Shown here: piece by piece, positions 38,488 to 49,860 of the stretch
Numbering within the stretch: the first letter of the stretch is position 1
Layout: each line of letters starts with the position of its first letter
Origin: Hypanus sabinus
Lineage: Eukaryota
Assembly: GCF_030144855.1 (NCBI RefSeq)
Contig: NC_082714.1
Coordinates: forward strand, 134,974,001 to 135,038,000
Length of the DNA: 64,000 nt
Reading direction: 5' to 3'
Notes under the pieces: generated by a model
Database searches by the model: none
What the model was told of the DNA's origin: nothing
The model's input: only the letters and a program-made list of their open reading frames with translations
Made by a program: the position numbers and the translations under genes

Positions 38488-39611
38488 AGATTCAGATACG
38501 TTTATTACATCTACATTGAAATATACAGTGGCATGCGTTGTTTTGCATTGCCAACCAGCACAACCTACGGATATACTGGTAAGAGCCCACAAGTATCACC
38601 ACATATTCCACTGCCAACATAGCATGCCCACAATGTTTGGCAGAACAATGCAGAGCACAACAAGCAACAAAACAACAGCAGCAAAAACAAGCTCTTTTCC
38701 TCCATCTATCCCATGCACCCACACACACAGAGACATTCCTCCAGTTCCAGGACTGGCCTCCAGTCTCTGGGGGGTCAGCCACCGGGCTTTGGCTCCCAGA
38801 GTTCCAGTAAACTTCAAGCACCAGATTGCCTGCAGACTGCCACAAAACAACAGATTTTACAACATATGCCAGTAATACTAAACCCGATTCTGATTCAGAC
38901 TAGTCGATGACGGAAGCCCGCACTTCTGATGAACTCCAAGCATGCCGACTGACCTACCCTCGTGCCTCCTGCTTGCATAGCCTCAGAGTGGGAAGCAGAG
39001 GCAGAGGCTTGACCTGTGGATGTCCTTTGTCTGCTATCCATGTCACTAGCCTTTGAAAGCAGAGTGGAGATGCGGACTGCTGATGTCCTTTGTCACCTAT
39101 CCACACCAGTGGCCTAAGAGTGCTAAGAAGCGGCCTGGACTGAGGATATCCTTTGTCACCCCGATGCACCATCAATAACTCTTGGAGACAGGAAATGAAC
39201 GATAGGCTTTTATTAGCAGCAAAAAGGGAGCACGACATCTGGGAGACTGAGGGAGGAGCAGTGCCCCCAATCGCCTTTACACAGGGGTCTGTGGGAGGAG
39301 CCACAGGAGCAGTCAGCAGAGGGGCGTGTCCAGACAGATATACATAGTTTACCATATACCCATCCACATCAATGGACTCTGAACACAGATAACGGGGTGT
39401 AGAGCAGAGGCCTGAGCTCTACCTCCTCCACGCCCCTGTTCCTAAACTTTAATATGACCTCTAACCTTCAGCACTGTCCTTAAACTCTAACCTGACCTCC
39501 AACTTCCCCACAGTACTGCTGTCCTGAATGCCTGATCTGATCTCTAACTCCCCTCTCTGTCCTCAAAACCATTGCTAAAAACAGCGAAGTTAGAGCTCAG
39601 TGCCATCTTGA
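38488..39611 (-). mobile_element. Non-autonomous element with a Rex1-type 5' end and tail, internal ~63-bp repeats and an inserted solo LTR
   Basis: Minus strand begins CAAGATGGCAC (about 39610); tail shared with 8212-8350 and 58150-58390; GATGTCCTTTGTC..ATCCA unit occurs three times. Confidence 0.65.
39162..39356 (-). mobile_element. Solo LTR (about 195 bp), Gypsy-like
   Basis: Degenerate TG..CA termini (TATGGT...GCATCG); AATAAA; 5-bp TSD CACCC/TACCC; removing it restores the host repeat unit CCTTTGTCACCCATCCAC. Confidence 0.7.
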
Positions 39612-40189
39612 AAAAGAATGACCCTGACAAATCCACTCAATTATTTAACCTCCAGAGAGTCTAGGCCCCTTCAGCTCAATCTTTCCTTTCAAGATCACCT
39701 TCTCACCCTAGGAATCAAATTACTGCACTGCATTACATAAGGGCAAGAACCTCCTTCCCTAAGTAAGGGTGTTGGTGTTCTCTGCAGTTCTCCAAGTGTG
39801 GCCTCTACAAAATATAAAGCAGGCATAGTGAAATCTCCTTACGCTTGAACTCAATTGCCTTGTAACGAAGGCCAACATTCCTCACTGCACTTCTACGCAC
39901 TTTGTGTTATTCAGACATCCAAAACATCTGAATGGTAACAAATAAAGAACCTGCTCTATTTAAAGATGATTTTTTTTCTATTTTTCCTATTGACTAAGAA
40001 AGTGAGTCAAAGAGAAATAGATAGGAAGATACTTATGATTCCGTTGAGAAATCCTCAAGTTATCAGAGTATTCCAAGGATTAAATCCAATGGATTTTAAA
40101 TGGCTGCCAACTTGTGTCTATTATCATTCACAAGCAACAAGCAATTTAAAGAACAGATAATAAGAATCTAAGTTCTGGCAGGATCTGTC

Positions 40190-40425
40190 TATTAACTAGG
40201 TTGCTGGGAGACCGCTCTGTTATTCTTCAGAGAGTACCATATTTTAAATTTATTTAAGCCAGCATTATCTGCTTCAGTTTGGGGCCCTAACAAAAAGATA
40301 GCACTTCTGATGGCTATATGGTACTCAGGAGCCTGACTGGATAAGTAGCACATGTCAATGGTGGGACTTAAAGCAGCAACCTTCTGACTCCGAGGCAAAA
40401 GTGCTTTCAACTCAACCAAGCATAA
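40190..40425 (-). mobile_element. SacSINE1/DeuSINE-like tRNA head fragment
   Basis: GGGACTT..CAACCTTCTGACTCCGAGGCAAAAGTGCT resembles the antisense of a tRNA-derived head. Confidence 0.5.
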
Positions 40426-40559
40426 GGAAAGGCATGACCTGGATTAGTATTAAATTCTTTTTAACTATAATTCAACTGGAAGTACGCAAACCCCTGAATA
40501 AATGAGATACTTGCAAAAGTATTATAGGATATAATTTTAAAGCCAATTTATTCTTTTCA

Positions 40560-41190
40560 TTGTTAAAATTTTCAGTGGAAAATTGTAATCATCACTAAAA
40601 TTGAAATGTGCCATTCATTGTTTGATAAGAAATTAGTGTCTAGAACATACAAGAGTAATTTGGTGCCTAGGGAAAATTGTTAGAATCTATTATTAGGGAG
40701 GTGGTAACAGGGCACACAGAAAAATAATAATTGGACTGTGCAAAGTCCACATGGATTTATGAAAGGGAAATCATGTTTCATAATTTGGTTGGAGTTTTTT
40801 TGAGGTTGTAACTAGCAGAATAGATAAGGCACAATCAAATGATGTAGTTTCTTAGCACTGTTTGAAGGCTTTCAATAAAATGCCACACAAAAAATATATT
40901 AAATACGAGTGCACAGAATCAGGGCTAATATACAGATGTGGCTTGAGGATTGGCTATTGAACAGAAAACAGAGGGTGGGAATAAAGCGTCCATTTTTTGG
41001 ATTGGAAGCTGTGACTATTGTGGGGATTGAGAATAAGATTCAAGCTATTTGCAATCCATATCAAAGATTTGGATTGGTGATATAAAGTGTAATATATCCT
41101 AAGTGATATTGTGGGCTGTGAGTAAGATGCAGAGGTCTTCCAGGGGACATAAGCATGTTGAATGAATGGATAAAACAAATCAATAGATTT
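40560..41190 (+). mobile_element. Old CR1 RT fragment
   Basis: HGFMKGKSC..LEFF and FNKMPH remnants. Confidence 0.7.
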
Positions 41191-41194
41191 AGGG

Positions 41195-42545
41195 CGGGGG
41201 TCGGCAACCTGCGGCTCCCGAGCCATTTGTGGCTCTTTCACCTCTGTGCTGCGGCTCCCTGTGGCTTTGGGAAATAATTGATCAGTATTTAATTAAAATG
41301 TATTTTATGTTAGTTTGTTAGCTTTTGAAATGTAATTCTAAATTTGAAGATTATGGTGATCTTGTACAATCTAAGTGTGGCGACACATTTCCTGCCACAT
41401 CCGAAACAATTAGCCAGCATTCCGGCTAAGGGAGATAGCCTACGGGGGTTTGTGAGTACGCGTCTTTTGCAGCATCTGCGTCCATGGGGGGCGGGTTGAG
41501 GGAGGCTTAAAAGCAAGGCTGTTTAGTTCGAATAAAGCTATCTTTGACTGCAGTTTACTGACACCGCTACAACGTGTTTTTATCGCTGGCTGTCCAGACG
41601 GAAGGTGCTGAAACGCTTTGTCGCGTGTCTGGAAGAAGTGAAAACTTTCCTGGGCAGCAAAGGGCTCACCTTTCCTGAGCTGGAACAGCCAGAGTGGCTG
41701 GAAAAGCTACACTTCATGGTAGACATGACAGCGCACCTGAACATGCTGAACACAGCTCTTCAACGGGGTAAGGACGTACAGCCCTGCACATGTTGGAGGA
41801 TGTTTTGGCATTCGAGCGCGTTGACGTTGCTTGCCAGAGATTTACAGAAAGGCACATTGTCTCACTTGCCCAATTTGAGAGAGTTCAAACAATGTCACGA
41901 CATGATAAATTCGGAGTATTTACATTCTGCAATCATCGCAATGCAAACATCGTTTGGGAAACGCTTCTGTGAGTTCAGAGAGGAAAAAAACACATTATCC
42001 TTCCCGGTCACTCCCCTAAGCATCGATCCATCCCTACTGAATACGACTGCATTGTCAGATGTGAGTCAACCTGACCAAGTATGATAAATATTTTAATTGC
42101 CTATTATTTTACGTATATTCATATGTTTTCATTGTTCAGTGAAATAGTCCTTTTACTTTTCAGGTTGACAGCTGGCTGACGTTATTTTTCGTTTGCTGCT
42201 GACGGCAAATTTAAGTTTGGCGTTTTTCATAAATACAAGAAGGACTCAAATAGACGTTGAGTATTTTACTTAAAAGTAACCTTCAACCCAACATCTTTTT
42301 TTCGGAGTTCAAAATGTTTTTGTTGCATGCAGAAATGTAATTTCGTTTTCTCTGCAGGAGTTCATCAATTTCATAAATGCAACACATTATAGTTTGTTTA
42401 TACATAGCATAAAGGCAAAACAAAACGTTGTATGCAGTGTTATTTCATTTTAAATGTCAAACGGGTTTTGCGGCTCCCAGTGTTTTCTTTTCTGTGGGAA
42501 ACGGGTCCAAGTGGCTCTTTCAGTGGTAAAGGTTGCTGACCCCTG
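41195..42545 (+). mobile_element. hAT (Charlie/Buster-group) DNA transposon, internally deleted, 1351 bp
   Basis: TIRs CGGGGGTCGGCAACC / GGTTGCTGACCCCTG; perfect 8-bp TSD ATTTAGGG (41187-41194, 42546-42553); subterminal GCGGCTCC/GTGGCTCTTTCA repeats. Confidence 0.95.
41580..42084 (+). pseudogene. hAT transposase fragment (GTF2IRD2/SPIN/Charlie-like), frameshifted
   Basis: RWLSRRKVLKRF..EVKTFL..PEL..WL..LHFMVDMTAHLN.LN.ALQ hAT block. Confidence 0.85.
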
Positions 42546-43599
42546 ATTTAGGGATTTAACGGAAAGACAATTAGTGCAGAAAAGTGGAGCTGTAGGAAAA
42601 CAATAGCACCATCATACTGAATAACAAAGCAAATATGAGGAATTGAAGGCCCATTCCAATTGTAGTTGTTTTTTTACTATACTTCAGTGGATTCTGTTGT
42701 CATTTGGATCAGAAATTAGATATTTGCATCTCCATAATTTGTGATTCTTGCAGTATGTAGGAATCTTATTTGCAAGATTATCCAACTCAAACAGATTTTG
42801 TATATGATAAAATGGTCTTTATTTAAATTTACATACTACTTGATTCATGTGACTGAATTGCTGCATAGGATCAATTTCTAAGTATGATCAGGACACTATA
42901 GTGGATATTGTACATAATGTAAATGCTGTTGCATGATGCATATTTGCATGTTAAGTAAGGCAAACATCAGTCCAAAGCAATGCTCACTTGACACCTCGTT
43001 GATAAATGTAAATTCACCTCCTAGTGAAATACAGTACTCACTGTTGGCTACACAGGAACTTAGATTTGATCAATAGAGAGGAGGAGCCTTTTAATGGCGT
43101 CAAACACAAAGAACAATGGAATAAGAAAAAAAAATGGAGTTTCTGCAACATTGTAGAGGAGAAGCTAGCTATTAGTAACAAAATAAAATTGGTAGAAGAA
43201 TGAATGAACTTCCTAGTATTGGGGACCAAATGTTGAAGTGTCCTTTGCAAGACCTATTCTCCAAGAGGTTTCCTTTTGCAATGTTCTGCCTCAACCTGTT
43301 TAATGAACAATGTACCTAGAGGCCTTTTAGGCCTGAGATTCACTTGAGGACTCCACACAACCAGCTCAGAGTTGAACAAAGACGCAATCTGTGGCTAAGT
43401 GCAGCAAGAACAAGACAATTCTGGATTAACACTGAGAAATTGCATGATACCTTATGTAACATTAGCACCTGACATTAATCATCTGCATTCAGTAGTAATC
43501 TGACTATGTTCCCTTGACAATTGGTAATATAATCACCCTTGTCCCTCCCTGCTTTCATAATTGGCTGCTGAATAATGTTACAAATGATATGATCTTGAC

Positions 43600-44200
43600 C
43601 TCCTTTCAACTGAACTGCCTGATCCTTCTGTCTTAACTCACCAAGGGTCCAAAAATCTGTTTACTTCAGCCTTGAATATATTCCATTACTCTGTCTCCAT
43701 GCCAGTCTGGTGTAGGGATTACTAAAAATTCACAATCCTTTGAGAGACAAAATGACTGCTTACCTACATATAATAAAGATAACCCCTTATATAGCATCTT
43801 TCCACTCAGATTACTGTAAACTATCTCAGTTTTCAATATATCTCTTGACTCAATAAATGGATCCTCTGAGGCAGATAATTCCAATCTTTCACAACTCAGA
43901 GAGGAAATTGTTCTTTAACTCTGTCTTTAGTGGTTAATGCCATATCTGAGAATATGTTCCCAAGTTCTAGTCTTCCCACCAGGAGGAACATCTTTATGGT
44001 ATATCCCATCAAAATTCTAGCAGTTTCAATAAGATCTATTATTTTTCTTTCAATACTTAAATGAATAAAGATTAAATCATTCTTCATAAATCTTTGCTTC
44101 ATGCCAATAATGAAACTTATGAACCCTTTCTGAAAAGCCTTTTAAACAAATATATTTCATTTTAAATCAACCAAAACAGTGCACAGTGCTCCATTTCTCA
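43600..44200 (-). mobile_element. Old CR1 3' fragments
   Basis: ERKIIDLIETARILMG..KMFLLVG remnant. Confidence 0.55.
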
Positions 44201-45259
44201 TGTGGAATATCTAAGGAACACCTTTGAGCAGAAAGTTACCTTGACCAGGTGCTTAATTACTGTGACTGCAGAGCCCACTGTAAATGACTCAGTTCCTTTT
44301 ATTTTCTCCAAGTGTGGGTTGGGAAAAAAAATTCTATGCATTTCTAAAGACACTGTGCATGCTTTGTACTTGCCATCAAATAGAGTGCAGCTTCAAAGAA
44401 ATTAAGAATATTCTACTTCATTCAGCCTACTCCTTTGTACTCTCAGGAACCATCCTGATCTTTCACTGCAATGCAATGTTGATACAATACTTATTGTTCC
44501 TGCCAGTTTTCCATTGGAAGGCAGCAACATTTAAAAGCTTTGTCCCTGTATCAGAGAAAAGTTCCAACATCAAGAAAAGAAAACAGGTTTCAGTTGGGTA
44601 CATTTATACATGCAAGTCAGTTTCCAAACCACATAACGTGCTCACCTGGATATAGATCTTCTCCCTTCTCCCTCAGGTTATCATTGTTCCCTTCCTGCAC
44701 TCAATAGCTTCCATGTCCTTTTTCACAGTAAACGCAGACAATACATATACACTCTTTCAATATATTGGAACTAGTCCTATGATGGGAGAATCAGGGTTCA
44801 TTCACAAGAAGTATTGTAGAAGTCCATGAAGGCAGCTTCTCAATACTCTTCATTGAATTAGGGATAAATTATAAATGGTGACATCACACCAGGTACTTAA
44901 CCCACAAGTTATAATGAATAATGGGTAAGGCACATCCCTCTGGTGGCATAATCCCACATTTACTGATTGCAATGGTGGCCTAATTTGCACAAGTAATGAA
45001 ATGCACAACTAATTATATACATTACACAAATATATTTATCCAGTCAAGACAAAAGCCAAATAAATGTCATTGTGCATAACTTTGCTCTCCTACTATACCT
45101 GTGAAGAGGCTACAGCCAAGCTGATGAAGGGTTTCACCTTCTGAAGAGAGGACATTACAACTTGGATCACCCAGATTTGGATTGCAAAGCCTCAACATCA
45201 GTGACGGCCATAATTCTGGCTGTTTAACATACTTTATAGGTCCATATTTAATGGTGCAT

Positions 45260-46200
45260 AGTTTTGGTACCTCAGCTGTGGATATTGAAAATAATTTGTA
45301 AAATGTTTGCTAGGATCTCAGCAAACTCCTCCCTTGCTTCCTACAGTATCCTAGGATACACTCAGTCATCCCTTTGGGATTTACCCATCTTTTTGTGCTT
45401 CAAGAGCACCCACACCTCCTCTTTCATAATGGAAGTATGCTTCAGGTTATCATTGTTCCCTTCCTGCACTCAATAGTGTCCATGTCCTTCTTCTCAGTAA
45501 ACACAGACAAGAAATATTCATTTAAAACCTCACCTATCACCCATGGTCCATATATAGAAAACCAAACTGATCCTTAAGGGGAACTACTCTCCTGGTAATT
45601 ACATTTTTCTTCTCAATATACAGAATAATCCTTAAGTCTTCTCCCTAAACTCATCTATCAGAGTTACGTATCTCATGTCACCTTTTTGCCCTTCTAATTT
45701 ATTTCTTAAGTTTATCTCTACACTCAAGAGATTCACCTTATCCCAACTGCCTATACCTGACTTGTACCTCCTTTTTCCTGAGGGTTTTCTAGTCCTGCCA
45801 GCCTGACCCTTCTTTCTAACAGGAGCATGCTGGATCTAAAGTCTTCCTAACACTCCTAAAAGACTCCCACATGTCATTTGTCCTTTACCTGCTAACAGAC
45901 TCTCCCAATCAACCTTTGCCAGTTCCTATCTGATACCATCAAAATGATCTTTGCCCCAACTGAGGCTAACTTGTGAACGAGTCCTATCTTTTTCCACAAC
46001 TAGTGTGAAGCTAATGGAGTTACTGACACAGGTTCCAAAGTGCTCCCTTACAGTCTCGTCAGCCGTTCGCCCAGCCTTATTTTCTAAAATAAGGTTAAGT
46101 GTAATCCCTTCATTGGTAGTGCCAAATACCTTTAGCTTCAGAGAGCTTTCCCAAACACACTAAACAAATTCTGCCTCCTCCAATCCCTTATAGTTATACA
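45260..46200 (-). mobile_element. Old CR1 ORF2 N-terminal/linker fragment
   Basis: Antisense of LNEYFLSVFT and related CR1 linker motifs. Confidence 0.6.
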
Positions 46201-46518
46201 ATTCAGATGAGATAGTGAAGGGCATCAGCAAGGAAGAGTTTAGCAATGCTAGTTCCAGAAACAATGTTGAGTGGCAAAATGCCAGATCCATTAGTAAGTG
46301 AAGCTACATAATTGAACTGAGGAACAAAAAGGAGGACAGTTACATTGCAACGAATGTCCGGTATGCTCCCAAACACTGAGTTGAAAATAGTGGACCACAT
46401 TTGTGGGCATGCCTTTGATGTACAATAAAAAAGGAAAATAAGGCTCGGGGATTTTAATGATCTGAACTTTAACTGAAACATAAATATACTGAAAGATATA
46501 GTTAAAAGTTATTCAGGA

Positions 46519-46757
46519 TAACACACACAAACTGCTGGATGAACACAGCAAGTCAGGCAGCATCAATGGATAGGAGTGCAAAGTCAATGTTTTGGGCTGA
46601 GTCCCTTCACCAGTACTCCTGTTATGTCCTGATTAAGGGTCGCAGCCTGAGACATTGACGTTTTACTTCCACAAAGGTTGCCTGACTTGCTAAAATCCTC
46701 TAGCAATCTTTATGTGTCAATCTGGATTTTCAGCATCTGCAGAATCTCTTATGCAAA
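46519..46757. mobile_element. Fold-back Penelope-derived mini-element with two degenerate hammerhead motifs
   Basis: Minus: CTGGTGA-AGGG-ACTCAG-CCC-AAAA-CATT-GAC; plus: GTC-CTGATTA-AGGG-TCGCAG-CCT-GAGA-CATT-GAC; probable TSD TTATTCAGGA/TAATTCAAGA. Confidence 0.8.
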
Positions 46758-46802
46758 TAATTCAAGAGATCTTTTATAATTAGTATGAAAATAGACCAAC
46801 AA

Positions 46803-47877
46803 TGTAATTGGATCCTCGTCTTCCTAACTGGAAGACCACAGTATGTGTGGATTGGTGATAACATATCCTCTTCGCTGACGATCAACCCTGGCACACCTCG
46901 GGGGTGGGTGCTTAGCGCACTGCTCTACTCTCTGTATACACGTGACTGTGTGACTAGGCATAGCTCAAATACCAACTATAAATTTGCTGACCATGCAACG
47001 ATTGTTGGTAGAATCTCATGTGCTGATGAGAGGACGTACAGGAGTGAGATATGCCAACTAGTGGAATGGTGCTGCAGCAACAACCTGGCGCTCAACGTCA
47101 GTAAGATGAAAGAGCTGATTGTGGACTTCAGGAAGGGTAAGATGAAGGAACATATACCAATACTCATAGAGGGATCAGAAGTGGAGAGAGTGAGCAGCTT
47201 CAAGTTCCTGGGTGTCAAGATCTCTGAGGATCTAACCTGGTCCCAACACATTGGTGTAGTCATAATGAAGGCAAGACTGCAGTTATACTTTACTAGGAGT
47301 TTGAAGCGATTTGGCATGTCAACAAATACACTCAAAAACTTGTACCGTGGAGAGCATTCTGACAAGCTTCATCACTGTCTGGTATGGAGGGTCTACTGCA
47401 CAGGACCAAAAGAAGCTGCAAAAGGTTGTAAATCTCGTCAGCTCAATCATGGACTCTAGCCTACAAAGTAGCCAGGACATCATTAGGGAGCAGTGTCTCA
47501 GAAAGGGAGTGTCCATTATTATAAACCTCCAGCATCCAGGGCATGCCCTTTTCTCACTGTTACCATCAGGTAGGAGGTACAGAAGCCTGAAGGCACACAC
47601 TCAGCGATTCAGGAACAGCTTCTTCCCTCTGCTATCCGATTCCTAAATGGACTTTGAAGTTTTGGACACCACCTCACTTTTTTAATATACAGTATTTCTG
47701 TTTTTGCACTTATTTTAATAATCTGTTCAATATACATAATTGATTTACTCGTTTATTTATTATTATGTTTTATTTTATTTTTTTCTCTCTGTCTGCTATA
47801 TTATGTATTGCATTGAACTGCTGCTGCTAAGTTAACAAATTTCATGACACATGCCGGTGATAATAAACCTGATTCTG
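46803..47877 (+). mobile_element. Rex1/Babar-clade LINE, 5'-truncated; same subfamily as 6857-7935
   Basis: ORFs 46785-47459 and 47311-47646 (RT and HTQRFRNSFFP); tail AATAAACCTGATTCTG. Confidence 0.93.
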
Positions 47878-48482
47878 AAATGATACCCCTCATTTCAGGG
47901 CAAGAACCTAGTAAAGAAGTAAGAGTGGTAATGAGAGAGCATTCTGGAGGAGGCAATCATAATTTAGCAAAACTTTGCATAGGTATGGAAAAGATCAAAG
48001 ACTGAGCAGTAATAAAAACCTAAATTGAACAAGATTAAGTCTACCAAGCTGAAATGCCATTTAGCAAAAGTGAACTGGCAAATGTTACAGTTCAAAACAG
48101 TTCGAGCTTTGAAGGAGGAGATACTGGGCACTTGAGCAATTATTTTCCCCGAAAGAATTTCGAAATCCAAATCTTCACAGTTGTCAAGGAACATATAAAG
48201 TAGGATGAACTAAAATGGAAGCCTTTGACAGCTGGTGAGACCACAGCCTTGTGGAAAGCCCAGAGGAGTACAGAGGGTGTATAAGTGAACTGAAATGGGA
48301 AATGATAGAGGCAAATGTTGTATTAAAAGTGTTCATTCAAGTAAAGTCATAAGGGTTTTATAAATCTATATAGAGAGTAACAAAGGAGAGTCTTTTTAAG
48401 GACTAAAACAATGATTGCGGAGGTAGAAGATACCTAAATAGATAATAAAAAAAAACTCATGCCTGACACGAAGAGGGAGAGA

Positions 48483-48485
<3 letters not shown>

Positions 48486-48517
<32 letters not shown>

Positions 48518-48533
48518 AGAGAGAGAGAGAGAG
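48486..48533. repeat. Compound (TG)n(GA)n microsatellite
   Basis: Directly visible. Confidence 0.95.
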
Positions 48534-48862
48534 GGGGAGAGAACTGTTTGTAGGGTCTTAATGCTGAAGGGAACATGACAATATCACATAAGATACAAAT
48601 ATTACAGAACATTGCAAATACTGGCACAAAGGAATAAGAAAGGGAAGTATTGGACGTATAAACATGAAGGATATATTAGTGGTTCAATATCATTTTCAGA
48701 AGTGGCTAAATTACAAGTGCAGTTAAACTATATGTAGGCTTCTAACAGAAGAAAGGGAAGAAACATTGGAAGTTGACTATCTCTTTTCAGTCCTCTGTGG
48801 TTGAATGCCTGGTGCTAGAGGGTTGAAAACAGATTAGAATGATATTTTTGTAAAAAAAAATA

Positions 48863-49492
48863 GACAATAAAGAATAGATGCAGGAGGCCATTTGGCCCTT
48901 CAAGCCAGCACTGCCATTCAATGTGATCATGGCTGATCATCCACAATCAGTACCCCGTTCCTGCCTTCTCCCCTTATCCCTTGACTCCACTATCTTTAAG
49001 AGCTCTGTCTAACTCTTTCTTGAAAGCATCCAGAGAATTGGCCTCCACTACCTTCTGAGGCAGAGCATTCCACAGATCCACAACTCTTTGGGTGAAAAAG
49101 TTTTTCCTCAACTCTGTTCTAAATGGCCTACCCCTTATTCTTAAACTGTGGCCTCTGGTTCTGGACTCCCCAAACATCAGGAACATGTCCAATCAGGATC
49201 GTGTCCAATCCCTTAATAATCTTATATGGTTCAATCAGATCCCCTCTCATCCTAAATTCCAGTGTATACAAGCCCAGTCACTCCAATCTTTCAACGTATG
49301 ATAGTCCCACCATCCTGGGAATCAACCTCGTGAACCTACGCTGCACTCCCTCAATGGCAAGAATGTCCTTCCTCAAATTTGGAGACCAAAACTGCACACA
49401 ATACTCCAGGTGGGGTCTCACCAGGGCCCTGTACAACTGCAGAAGGACCTCTGCTCCTATACTCAACTCCCCTTGTTATGAAGGCCAACATT
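48863..49492 (-). mobile_element. CR1 LINE 3' fragment, relatively young
   Basis: ORFs 49278-49466 (LYRALVRPHLEYCVQFWSP) and 48974-49192 (TRGHSLRI..FFTQRVVDLWNALP). Confidence 0.93.
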
Positions 49493-49598
49493 AAAAGGAA
49501 GGGATGAAAGAGAAAGTCCATCTAAACTTTGGTAGTGGACACATCATGCAAAAAAGATCTGGAGAACTGTATAAATCAGCCTTTATGTAGGCACAGCT

Positions 49599-49600
49599 TG

Positions 49601-49659
<59 letters not shown>

Positions 49660-49860
49660 ACGCACGCACTCTTAACTCCTGGTGGAGTCATCAAGGCGCC
49701 GTCATGACAAGCATTTTGGTGATTGCTCATCATATAGCGCGTCTTGGGCATCTGAAGCATGGCAGAGCCCATCCCTCTCCAAGTTTTTTGGAGCCGGCTG
49801 GATTCAAATTCGAGAGACTTCACTCCGAAGTCCGGCACTGATGCCACAATGCCACCGGCC
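49599..49860 (-). mobile_element. tRNA-derived SINE with a (CA)n microsatellite tail
   Basis: Head GGCCGGTGGCATTGTGG (A-box)..GAATTTGAATCC (B-box-like)..CCGGCT; the body ends in the (TG)n run at 49599-49656 on the plus strand. Confidence 0.75.

Noticed and set aside
44240-44277. 38-nt AG/GT-bounded minus-strand segment
   Set aside because: Essentially no polypyrimidine tract; unrecognisable peptide; expected by chance
45121-45150. CTGATGAAGGGTTTCACCTT hammerhead-like start
   Set aside because: No GAAA box after the stem, no stem I or III, and no flanking Penelope arm
49790-49860. tRNA gene
   Set aside because: Degenerate B-box and cloverleaf, continuing into a SINE body and microsatellite tail
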